NCBI GenBank assembly: GCA_028826165.1
Contig: JAPDFW010000072.1
Coordinates: forward strand, 62,001 to 126,000
Length of the DNA stretch: 64,000 bases
Direction of reading: 5' to 3'
Source: Anaeramoeba ignava BMAN
Lineage: Eukaryota; Protista; Anaeramoebae
Shown here: positions 13,701-25,800 of the stretch, in pieces
Layout: each line of letters opens with the position of its first letter
Numbering within the stretch: position 1 is the first letter of the stretch
Made by a program: the position numbers and the translations under genes
The notes under the pieces: generated by a model
Database searches by the model: none
Seen by the model: only the letters and a program-made list of their open reading frames with translations
Told to the model about the DNA's origin: nothing

Positions 13701-16568
13701 AAATCAAAATGAAAATGAAATTGAAATTGAAAATCAAAATCAAAATCAAATTGAAAAATGAAATTGAAAATCAAAATCAAAATCAAATTGAAAATCAAAT
13801 TGAAAATCAAAATCAAAATATTAATTTAGTTATATTTAAAGAACTCCAAATAATTTTTCAAAAACTTCTTGAAGAATCTCATTCATCTGTTGAAACTTCT
13901 AAATTTTGTCAAATATTCAATAATTTATATCTTGAAAATATATATCAAAGTTTAAAACAGAATCCAAACGAATTTTTAAATAATCTTTTTCAAAGAATAC
14001 AAAATCTTATTATCAATTCTAAAATTTCAAAGAATATATTAAACATTTTTGAAGGTTCATTATTTCAAAGAATTGTTTGTGAAAATGGACATGTAAAAAT
14101 TACAAAACAGAATTTTCTTACTTTGGAATCAGATATTCAAAGCATAATCAATTTAAATTCAACTATTCAAAAATTTATTGAAGGAAAACAATTTAGGAAA
14201 AAGTTTTTTTATTGTGAAAAATGTAAGCAAACTGTTGAAGCAATTAATCAATGCTATTTTGATAATCTACCAAATCAACTCATTATTCAGTTTAAAAAAT
14301 CAGATTTTGAAAAAAGTCGTATTAATATTTTAAATTCAAAATTTAAATTTCCACTTTCTTTAAAATTAGAACAAATTCAAAATCCTTTTCAAAATGAAAA
14401 TGAAAATGAAAATGAAAATGAAAATGAAAATGAAAATGAAAATGAAAATTTTCGAAATAATCTTTTTACTCATCTTCAAAGTACTAAATATAAAATCAAA
14501 ATCAAAATCAAAATCAAAAATCAAATCAAATCAAAATAAAAAAATCAAAAAAATCAAAATCAAAAATTTAGAAAATCTTTGGTTTGAAAATCAAAAAAAC
14601 TTCTCTTCCTTTTAGAAAATGAAAAACAAATTTGGAAAATGAAACTTTTGAAAAATTTTCAAAATAATCTGTTTATTCATCGAGAAAATAAAGAAACTAA
14701 ATATCAATTAGTTGGGAAAATTACTCAACCAGAACACCAAAAATCAAATCACTATGAAAATTAAATGAAAATATAAAATTGAAAATCAAAAAAAAAAATA
14801 AAAAAACAAAAAAAATTTAGATAATCTTTGGTTTGAGTTTATCAATCAAAATCAAATTCTTCAAAATTTTGAAAATGAAAATGAAAATGAAAAACAAATT
14901 TGGAAAATCAAAAACTTTTCAAAAGAAAATCAATATCAAATATAGATATGTTAATTTACGAGAAAATAAATCAAAATAAAAATCAAATTGAAAATGAAAA
15001 TGAAAATCAAAATGAAAATGAAAATGAAAATGAAAATCAAAATCAAAATCAAAATGAAAATGAAAATGAAAATCAAAATGAAAATCAAAATCAAAATCAA
15101 AATCAAAATCAAAATCAAAATCAAAATCAAAATCAAAATCAAAATCAAAATCAAAATCAAAAAAATGATAAATATTTCAGAAACTCAATTAATGTATCTG
15201 ATCAAAAAACACTTGAGAAATTATTTTATCAAGAATACTCAAACTTCATCTGGGAACTTATTAAAGTGGATCCTTCACTTGTTCTAAGAATTACACATAA
15301 AGATTCTTCTTCTTTCTTAATTTCTACTGTTAAATTAGCAACACTTTTTGTTTTCAAAATAAAAATATTTGTTCAAGATGAAATTTATTTAAAAGATTGG
15401 TTTAATCAACTTTCCCAATTATATTTAAATTATAAAGAAGCTTCATATTGGTTTTTTAAGATACTTCTTGAAAAGAAATGGATAATTTCAATTACAACTG
15501 AATATACATCAAATAAAATAGCAAAATATTTTGTAAATTTAGTTGGAAATATCACATCAGTAATTTTACAAGAAGAACGTGAAATTTATTTAAATGAAAA
15601 AAAGGATTTAGAAAAGAGTCAAAAATCAATATTAATTGAATGCATTGATTTTTTAATTGAAAATGTAAGATTTCAATTAAAAATTTTTTTTTTGTGTTCT
15701 TAAACTTGATAAAATTAATTAATTAATTTATTTCTAAAACAAATAAAATATAAACACAAAATAGTTGGAAATGGTTCTATCTTCAAATCGCAATCCAAAA
15801 TATTATCTAAAATTAATTTCCAATTTTTCAGTGCTTGGAAAAGAAGAATGTAGATATTTATTCCAAAAAGGAATTCTTAAAAATTTGGAAAATTTCTTTC
15901 TTGAGAAATTCCAAGATAAAACTTTTAATCAACGAACTCAACCAACATTTAGATTTGATAAATTTGAATCATTTAAAAAAGAAGAAAAAGAAGAAAAAAT
16001 TGATCCAAAAAATTTTTCACCAATTTTGAAAATTTTCTATTATGTTTACTCCTTTTGTGAAATAACTGAAATAAATTCTTCTAAAAAAAAAGAAGTTGAA
16101 TTGAATGAGATGATTTTAACAGTTGAAGAAATTAAGCAAGAAAAACGGTTTTTTCTTCTTTGTATTTCAGAATCAGTTAACAGAAAAATGATGAAGAAAA
16201 TCGCACATTTTTTCTCAATTCAAAATAAAATTCTTTCTTCTTTTTTTGAAGAAATTTGCTTTGATTTAATGAATGTTGCTCAAAAAGAAGAAAAATTAAT
16301 TCCTTCAATTGAAATTCTGGAAACTTTAATGATAATTGAAGATCAACAACAAGAAAGTCGAATTTGGAATATTTTATCAAAAGTTTCTAATCTTTTAAAA
16401 ACTAGAAAAAAAAATAATTTGGAAACTTTAATTGGTTCAATTGAGAAAATATTTACTAATTTGATTCAAAATAATATTTCAATTTTAAATTTAATCAAAT
16501 CAAATCGAGAAATTAAAAAATTATTTTTAATAAGACAAATTTTACAAAAAAACAAGAATATATTTTGA
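7725..16568 (+). CDS. Large USP24/USP34/USP9X-like deubiquitinase paralog, degenerate (possible pseudo-DUB or pseudogene). Introns 7822-7898, 8056-8762, 8932-8995, 9131-9228, 11482-11574, 14481-14615, 15665-15764
   Basis: Cys box NNQESNCYINSVLQQLF, IFEGSL, CEKC, LPNQLIIQFKK, FKFPLSL, YQLVG..NHY, LWFEF, DMLIYEK. Frameshifts near 13755 and 14890; unresolved junction 14757-14820. Confidence 0.7.
8056..8762 (+). repeat. Intron filled with an 11-bp minisatellite (tataaaattat / variants)
   Basis: Tandem repeat between GT 8056 and AG 8762. Confidence 0.9.
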
Positions 16569-16661
16569 ATTAAGTTTTATTATTTTAAAAGATTGGAATT
16601 GAAATGAAATGAAAAATAAAAATTTGAATTTAATTTTTGTTTTTTTTTAATTTGTTTTTTT

Positions 16662-16850
16662 TTAAAATTCATCATGTTTTTTTTGAGTTAAAAGTAATCC
16701 ATATCTCTTTTTAATTGTAACTCTTTGACTAGAAAAATGATCATCAGGAGAAAATCTTGCAGGATGAGCAGAAACAGTTGGAAAATTGCATTTTGGACAA
16801 TTTTTATGAATTGTATATTGATTGCAAGTTTTACAAATTCTCAAATACAT
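16662..16850 (-). CDS. NOP10: H/ACA RNP subunit Nop10
   Basis: 62 aa with [23 protein letters not shown], the eukaryotic Nop10 signature. Confidence 0.95.
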   Translation of the reverse strand: MYLRICKTCNQYTIHKNCPKCNFPTVSAHPARFSPDDHFSSQRVTIKKRYGLLLTQKKHDEF

Positions 16851-16867
16851 TTTTGTGATTTTTTTAA

Positions 16868-16910
16868 AAAATGAAAAAATGAAAAAATGAAAAATGAAAA
16901 ATGAAAAAAA
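16868..16910 (-). promoter_or_regulatory. Tandem TCATTTT initiator-like elements upstream of NOP10
   Basis: About 5 copies of aaaatga on +, 20-60 bp upstream of the ATG. Same motif precedes the other genes. Confidence 0.55.
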
Positions 16911-16964
16911 TTTTTTTTTCTTTTTTTTTCTTTTGTAAATTTAAATTAAAAAAAAAAAAAGAAG

Positions 16965-17340
16965 TTCAATTTAAAATTAAAATTCAAATTAAAATTAAAA
17001 TTCAAATTAAAATTTAAAATCAAATTAAAATTTGAAATCCAAATTTAAAATTAAAATTCAAATTCAATTTCAAATTAAAATTAAAATTCAATTAAAATTA
17101 AAATCAAATTCAAATTCAATTTAAAATTAAAATTAAAATTTAAATTAAAATTAAAATTAAAATTCAAATTAAAATCAAAATTCAAATTAAAATTAAAATT
17201 AAAATTCAAATTCAAAATTAAAATTCAAATTCAAATTCAATTTCAAATCAAAATTCAAATTAAAATCCAAATTAAAATTAAAATTCAAATTCAAATTCAA
17301 TTTAAAATTCAAATTAAAATCCAAAATTAAAATTTTCAAA
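16965..17340. repeat. Intergenic degenerate hexamer array (aaaatt/aaattc/aaaatc)
   Basis: Visible between the formin stop codon and the NOP10 promoter. Confidence 0.8.
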
Positions 17341-17353
17341 TTCTTTTAGAAAT

Positions 17354-20300
17354 TCATTTTAATTGAGCTTGAAATTTTTCAAAAAATTGACCATGTTCAG
17401 AATGTCTTGTTGATGTTCCTCTTTTAATAGTTTTAAATAAATTTCTTACATTATTCATTTTTGGTTCATTTTGACTTTGATTCTGACTTTGATTTTGACT
17501 TTGAGTCATTCTTGTTTTTTTTCGATTTTGAGCTTTTTCTTTTGCTTCTTTCTTTTTTTCTTCAATTTTCTTTTGCCGTTTCAAGAGAGCAATTGCCTGT
17601 TCAAATTCATTAAGAAAAGCAGAAAAATTTTCGAAAAAAGTTTGAGCTTTAATAAGTTTAGGATCTTCTCCAAAAAATTGAGCAGCAAGAGCAAATTTTT
17701 TTTCAGCTTTTTCCAGTTTTTTTAATAGTTCAATCAATACTTTTCTTGATTCGGTAACAAAACTGCCAATTCTTATTGAAAACGGATCTTTATTATCAAA
17801 AGACTTCAAACTTGATTCCAAAGATCGAATTTCCAAATCAAGATCGTTGATAGTTTTTTTGATTGCTTCGAAATCCTTTTGAGAAGCAATTTTCATTGCT
17901 TTTAATTCTTGTGTCACTTGGACCGAATCTGGGAATTTTGCTTCAACTTGCATAGCAATAAAATCAACTAACGAAGTTTTCAAATCAAGAGATTTTGTTT
18001 GAGAAAGTTTTGGAAGAAAGTCTGTTTTGAATCCAAGAGAGTTTTTTCGCGGCGATCCCGAATTTAAATAATTGCCAATTACTAAGGTCAAAGCAAGTAT
18101 GTTTTTCAACCCTTTTGCTTCAAGTAGGATTTTTGAAGCTTGATAAATGCTGCTGATATCTTGTTTACTTTCTTGTGTTTTTTCGTTAAATTTCAGTTTG
18201 AAATCAAGTGCTTTGACTCGTTGTTCCAAAAATGTCACGCCAATCATCTCGAATAGAAATTTATCCGAATTCGGTAGTTCTTCTCGATTGCCTTCAAATG
18301 CTTTAAGAGTCTCAATTTCATCTGGTTTTGGGAGAATTGATTGAAGTGTGAGAATTTTTTCCGAATCCAAAATTTCTTCATTTAATTCTTGAATAGCTTT
18401 TGCTATTTCTTTGTTGGAAACATTCCACTGTTTTAAAATGATTGAAATTGTTTGAACTCGTTTTGGATCCAAAAGTGATTGTTCTTTTTTTTTCTTGTTT
18501 TTGTCTCGAATTTTTGCTTCTTCTTCAATAACATTTTTTGCGAGTTGAGAAATTTTCTTTTCTGCGCGGAAATTGTCTTCAACTAATTTATTATCGATGA
18601 TGATATTTTCTGATTTAATAAGTTCATTGACATCATTCCAAATTGTAGATTTGATTTTATTTGGTGGAATTTTCATCCAGTATAATTGTTTCATTTTGAC
18701 GGAAGGTTTTACATTTTTGGCAAGTTTTGATTTACGAGAATTAAGAGGAGGAGGTGGACCAGTCATAGGAGGAGGCGGACCAGAAAGAGGAGGAGGTGGA
18801 CCAGTCATAGGAGGAGGCGGACCACCTGTAGGAGGAGGAGGACCACCTGTTGGAGGAGGAGGACCACCTGTTGGGGGAGGCGGACCACCTGTTGGAGGAG
18901 GAGGACCACCTGTTGGAGGAGGAGGACCACCTGTAGGAGGAGGAGGACCACCTGTTGGAGGAGGAGGACCACCTGTTGGAGGAGGCGGACCACCTGTTGG
19001 AGGAGGAGGACCACTTATATCTATTATATCTCCTCTTTTTTCTTGAATTATATTCTCTTCACTTGGAGTAACAATTGTTACATTTTTGATCTTCTTTGTT
19101 TTTATATTCTCATTCATATTATCCATATTATCCATATTATTCATATTATCCATATTATTCATATTATCCATATTATTCATCTTATTCATATTATTCATCT
19201 GTTTTCTCCGAAAAAATTCATCTTCTTCAATAGGCACTATTATCGATGTTGTTTTTAATAATTTCTCAAGTTCAGATAATTTTGTTTGAAGTGGTCCTGA
19301 ATCTTTTTTCTCATTCACACATTTTTCAATTTCTTCTTTTAGTTGGCTCATTTCTTTGAATTTTTCAATCCGTTCATCTTGTTTTTTCGCTTGATTCTCA
19401 AAAAATTCTCGAATTTTCATTTCAAATTCTTGTTCTTTTTGATGAGGAAATTCAACAGGTTTTTTTTTTGTATCTTGAGTCGGTTGAAAATTTAATTGTG
19501 CTGAAGAATCAAGAATTTGATTGACAACATGAGATGTCATTTTCCATGTTTGAATATCAGTTTCTTCTTTTGTGATAAGAAGTAATTTTTGCAGAATGGA
19601 AAGGAAATCTTGGTATTGATTTGTTCCAAGAACTCTTGAGAACACTTCATCAAAAATTTCTTTTGGATCTGATAAATTAATTTCTCCAATTTTGAATTTT
19701 TGTTCATCATTTTCTTTTTCCATGTAAAAATATTCAATTTGATGATTTAGATTTGAGTTTTTAAGTTTTGAAAGATGATTCTCAATAATAGAAATTAATC
19801 CTAATTGAATAAATTCTTCTCTAATTTGCATTCTGAAATGTATTTCTTGTTTTGTTGATATTAAATGGTTTATCAAAGTGAAAAAAAGAACTTTATAATT
19901 TTGATCTTTTTCAATAACAAGAGTTTTTAATATTCTTTTAAATCGGACTTTTTCTAATTGAAGTGGAATTACTGATGAAAATGCATCTAGTACTGATCTA
20001 TAATAACAAAAAAAATCATATTATTATTATTATTATTTTTAATTATTAAATATTATTATTAAATAATAATTACTCGTATCCTTTTGGAGAGAACATGCAT
20101 AAAACAACAAAAATTTTCAACGTTTTCAATTTTGCTATAATGTTATCGTTATATAAAATGATTAAAAGATTTGTGAGATAACTTGGGTTTTTTAAAATGT
20201 GTGTAATTGATGTAGATTTTTCCATAATTGATTTGATTATTGAAAGAACTTCATTTTCGATAATTTTATCAATTTTATTTCGATGCGGTTTTGTTGATTT

Positions 20301-22636
20301 TGATGATAGAATATTAAAAAGAGCTCTTAATCCTGCTTTTGAAATGAATTCTCTTATCCATTTTGAGGATTGTACTTTGATAACTGATTTAGCATGTCTT
20401 AAAAAATATGGTGTAGGTGATGCTGCAATTTGTTTGACAAGAACGTTTGGTTGAGTAATAATTTTCATATCAATTTTTTCCTTTTAAATATAAATATAAA
20501 TATAAATTTAATTATAAATTTAATTATAAATTTTGTTATAAATTTAAATATAAATTTAATTATAAATTTTGTTATAAATTTTGTTATAAATTTTGTTATA
20601 AATTTTGTTATAAATTTAATTATAAATTTAATTATAAATTTAATTATAAATTTAATTATAAATTTAATTATAAATTTAATTATAAATTTAATTATAAATT
20701 TAATTATAAATTTAATTATAAATTTAATTATAAATTTAATTATAAATTTAATTATAAATTTTGTTATAAATTTAATTATAAATTTAATTATAAATTTTGT
20801 TATAAATTTTGTTATAAATTTTGTTATAAATTTTTGTTATAAATTTAATTATAAATTTAATTATAAATTTAATTATAAATTTAATTATAAATATAAATAT
20901 ATATATAAATATAAATATAAATATATATATAAATATAAATATAAATATAAATATAAAATATAAATATAAATATAAATATAAATATAAATATAAATATAAA
21001 ATATAAAATAAATATAAATATAAATATAAATATAAATATAAATATTAAATATAAATATAAATATAAATATAAAATAAATATAAATATAAATATAAATATA
21101 AATATAAATATAAATATAAATATAAATATAAATATAAATATAAATATAAATATAAATATAAATATAAATATAAATATAAATATAAATTTTGTTATAAATT
21201 TTGTTATAAATTTTATTATAAATTTAATTATAAATTTAATTATAAATTTAATTATAAATTTAATTATAAATTTTGTTATAAATTTTGTTATAAATTTTGT
21301 TATAAATTTTGTTATAAATTTTGTTATAAATTTAATTATAAATTTTTGTTATAAATTTTGATATAAATTTTGTTATAAGTTTAATTATAAATTTTATTAT
21401 AAATTTTGTTATAAATTTTGTTATAAATTTAATTATAAATTTTATTATAAATTTTGTTATAAATTTTTATTATAAATTTTGTTATAAATTTTGTTATAAA
21501 TTTAATTATAAATTTTGTTATAAATTTTGTTATAAATTTTGTTATAAATTTTGTTATAAATTTATAAATTTTGTTATAAATTTTGTTATAAATTTTGTTA
21601 TAAATTTTGTTATAAATTTTGTTATAAATTTTGTTATAAATTTTTGTTATAAATTTGGTTATAAATTTTTGTTATAAATTTTGTTATAAATTTTTGTTAT
21701 AAAATTTTGTTTATAAATTTTGTTATAAATTTGTTATAAATTTTGTTATAAATTTTGTTATAAATTTTGTTATAAATTTTGTTATAAATTTTGTTATAAA
21801 TTTTGTTATAAATTTTGTTATAAATTTAATTATAAATTTTGTTATAAATTTAATTATAAATTTTTGTTATAAATATTATTATAAATTTTGTTATAAATTT
21901 TGTTATAAATTTTGTTATAAATTTTTGTTATAAATTTAATTATAAATTTTGTTATAAATTTAATTATAAATTTTATTATAAATTTAATTATAAATTTTAT
22001 TATAAATTTAATTATAAATTTAATTATAAATTTTGTTATAAATATAAATTTAATTATAAATTTAATTATAAATTTTGTTATAAATATAAATTTAATTATA
22101 AATTTTGTTATAAATTTTGATATAAATTTTGTTATAAGTTTAATAAATATAAATATAAATATAAATTTTTTTATAAATTTAATTATAAATTTTGTTATAA
22201 ATTTTGTTATAAATTTTACTCCTTTTGATAGTTGTCTATCTGTAACTTCTTTTGTAAATTTTTTCAAAAAAATGGAGGAATAATCTTCAAAAAGAAAACC
22301 AATAGAATCTTCATGAAATAAAGTAGAATCTGAAGAAGGAACTGATAAACAAATTTCATCACCATCATGAATTTGCATAATAGATTCTTTTTTAAGCCTA
22401 ACACCATTAATAAAAGTACCATTAGTACTGAAATCTTGGATATAACAACCTGGAGAAATTTTATCCTGTGTTGTTTGTAGTGTTAAAATGCAATGTTGTG
22501 ATGATATTTCCATTGATGAAAATTGTATTTGACAATCATGTTTTCTTCCAATTGCTATCGTTAAATCATATAAATCAAATGATGGTTGTTTGGGTGTAAG
22601 ACTTACTAATCTTCCCCATCCAATTCGTTTTTTCAT
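17354..22636 (-). CDS. Formin with N-terminal FHA domain, GBD/FH3, FH1 and FH2. Exons 22636-22220, 20480-20074, 19997-17354
   Basis: FHA motifs IGR..C, ISSQHC, DFSTNGTFING. GBD/FH3 WIREF...GL, FRMQIREEF. Poly-Pro FH1. FH2 MKQLYW.KI, GNYLNSG, GFK. Both introns are GT-AG and in phase. Confidence 0.9.
18745..19014 (-). repeat. FH1 coding minisatellite, 21-bp unit encoding TGGPPPP (about 10 copies plus variants)
   Basis: Direct repeats of ggaggaggaggaccacctgtt on +. Confidence 0.9.
20481..22219 (-). repeat. 1.74-kb formin intron made of 12-mer (ttataaatttaa / ttataaattttg) arrays around an (aaatat)n core
   Basis: Visible blocks. Donor at 22219, acceptor at 20481. Confidence 0.9.
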
Positions 22637-22818
22637 TTTTGTTTTAAATCTTTTTTTTTTTTGTTTTTATTATTTTTTTTAAAAAAGGAAAAAAAAAAAA
22701 TGAAAAAAAAAATATTTTCATTTTTTTTCTCTCTTTTGTTTGATTCTTTTTTTTTTATTGATTATTGTTTTTATTTCTTTTATTAAAAAAAAAAAATAAA
22801 AACAAAAACAAAAATAAA
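22637..22818. promoter_or_regulatory. 182-bp bidirectional promoter (formin / USP) with back-to-back TCATTTT elements
   Basis: Reverse-strand copy at ~22697-22703, forward copy at 22718. Divergent ATGs at 22636 and 22819. Confidence 0.55.
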
Positions 22819-25800
22819 ATGGATGAAGATAAAAAAAAAGAATTTCTAACTTTTTATAATGATATTTGCAGAAGTAATTTTAAATATTAAAATTAAAATT
22901 AAAATTAAAATTAAAATTAAAATTAAAATTAAAATCAAAATTTAAAATTAAAATTTATATTAAAATTTATATTAAAATTAAAATTAATATTAAAATTAAA
23001 ATTAAAATTTATATTAAAATTTAATATTAAAATTAAAATTAAAATTAATATTAAAATTAAAATTTAAAATTAAAATTTAAAATTAAAATTAAAATCTAAA
23101 TCAAAATTTAAAATTAAAATTAAAATTAAAAATTAAAATTAAAATTAAAATCAAAATTAAAATTTTATTATTAATTATTAAAATTAAAATCAAATTAAAA
23201 TTAAAAATCAAAATTAAAATTTAAATCAAAAATTATAAAATTAATATTAAAAATTAAAATTAAAGATAAAATTAAAGAAAAATCAAAATTAAAATTTTAA
23301 AATTTAAACAAATTTAAAATTAAAATTAAAATTAATATTAAAATTTAAAATTAAAATTAAAATTAAAATTAAAATTTAAATTAAAATTAAAATTTAAATT
23401 AAAAATTAAAATTAAAATTAAAATTTAAAAATAGATGTTTCTCCTACAAAAACTCTAGATTCACTTGAAAAATATATTCGTTTAATTATTAATAAAAAGT
23501 TACCTTTAGAAGAAGAAAATTATTTTATTGATAATTATCTTTTTAAAATTATTGAAAAAATTCTTTCAAGAGATGATTATGAAATTTCACCTCAAATTAT
23601 TAATTCTTTTATTATGCAAGTTTTAGATTTAATTTTAGAAACAATTCCAAATGAAAACCCAAAAATTTTAGAATGTTTACAACATATTTTTTTTGTTCCT
23701 TTAAATAAAGGATTTTATCTTAAATTTACAAATTCTCAAGTTAAAACAATTTCAACAGAAGTAAATTATTATTTAAATTTAAATTTTTCAATTTAATTTT
23801 TTCAATTTAAATTTTTTTTTTAGTTTGATTATACTTCTTGGTGGATTAAAAATTATGAAGAAATGACAAACAAAAAATTTAAACAAAAATTTTATATTCT
23901 TGATTACGTAACAAAATTTATATTAAAATTTATATTAAAATTTATATTAAAATTTATATTAAAATCTATATTAAAATTGATAATAAAATTTATATTTAAA
24001 TTTATATTAAAATTTATATTTAAATTTATATTAAAATTCTTATTAAAATTTATATTAAAATTTATATTTAAATTTATATTTAAATTTATATTTAAATTTA
24101 TATTTAAATTTATATTAAAATTTATATTAAAATTTAAATATATTTTTTCTTTTTCAGACTTTTTCTCCTAAAATATCAACATTTTTAATTGAAAATATTG
24201 AATACTTTGTTAAAAATGGAGGATTTGAAAAGATAATAACTCATTTCTTATCAGAAAAACATAGAATATCATTCACAAATACTTATAATTTATTAAGACC
24301 AATTTCAATGGTTTGCAAAAAAAAATTTCAAAATGAAAGTATTTATAAAAGAAATTAAGTTATAATAATTTGTATTTTGCTTCTTTTTTTGCAAATAAAA
24401 AAAGGCATCTCAATTTTTTCATAAAGGATTTCTTGAATTATTTTTTTTTGTTGGACAAAAAATGCTTACTAAATTTGCAACAATGACAGAAGAAGAAGTT
24501 CGAAATGAAAAAAAACAAAATATTGATAAACTTATATTTTCAATTATATCAATTCTAAGTAAAAAAGATTCAAATCTTGCACTTCAAATTTCAGAAAAAT
24601 TGAATATAAATATGATATTTCGTTCATTAAAATCAAAATTTCTTGAAAATCGAGTAATGGCAATTGCTCAACTCAATGAAGCTCTTGATAAAATTGCAAT
24701 ATTTGAGAATCCAAAATCTAATTCTTCTGTTAAACATTGGTTATCTACAAAGTACTTTTTAAAATTAAAATTAAAATTAAAATTTATATTAAAATTAAAA
24801 TTAAAATTAAAATTATTTTATTTTTTTTTGATCGATAAAGAAATTTATTGGAAAAATTGGAAAAGAATAATTTTATTGATTTGGTTTTCACAGAAACAAT
24901 TCATCATGATATTGTTAGCAGATCACTTCAAATTCTTCAATTTTTAGCAAAACAAAATAAAATTACAAAGAAAATTATTGATACAATTTGGGATCAATAT
25001 CAAGTATATAAAAATAAATATTTGAAATATAAATATAAATATAAATATAAATATAAATATAAATATAAATATAAATATAAATATAAATATAAATATAAAT
25101 ATAAATCTAAATCTAAATATAAATATAAATATAAATATAAATATAAATATAAATATAAATATAAATTTAAATATAAATATAAATATAAATATAAATATAA
25201 ATATAAATATTTTTATATATTTTTATATATTTTTATATATTTTTATATATTTTATATTAAAATAATAATTATCAATTCTTTTCTTAAAATTATTTAAGCA
25301 ACAACATCAATCAATAATTGAAGTTATCTATTCAGTTATATCACAAACAGCTCAATATTTAGACAAAAATATGTTCTATTATTTTTTAACAGAAAAAATT
25401 CAGAAAATTATGTTTTGGAACAAAAGTTCATTATCATTACTCTCTGATTTTGCAGTTTTATCATTAAACAAAAAATACCAAAAATCAAACAATACATCTA
25501 ATAATCCAATATTTATGCTTTGGGAAATGATGCATAATGACGAATTGGCATTTGAATTGAGAAGCATTATTTTGATCCATTTGAATCAAATTTTCACAAA
25601 AAATAATCTTTCTGATGATTTGAGAATGGTTTTTTTTGAATATGGACTTGAAAAGATGAATCAATCAAAAAACTCAGAATTAGTGATTCCTTTTTTAAAG
25701 CAAATCATTGAGTTTTATCCACAAACAAAAAAGCAATCTGATAATAGAAAATTTACAAGAACTGAATTTGTTGTTTATTTTGAAAAGAATAAAAAATTGG

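Noticed and set aside
13745-13770. Programmed +1 frameshift at AAA-TGA (Euplotes-like)
   Set aside because: It is one extra A within a gaaaat repeat; other indels in the window go the opposite way, favouring homopolymer error.
18573-19046. Gly-rich + strand ORF (GGGGPPV)n
   Set aside because: Antisense of the formin FH1 repeat.
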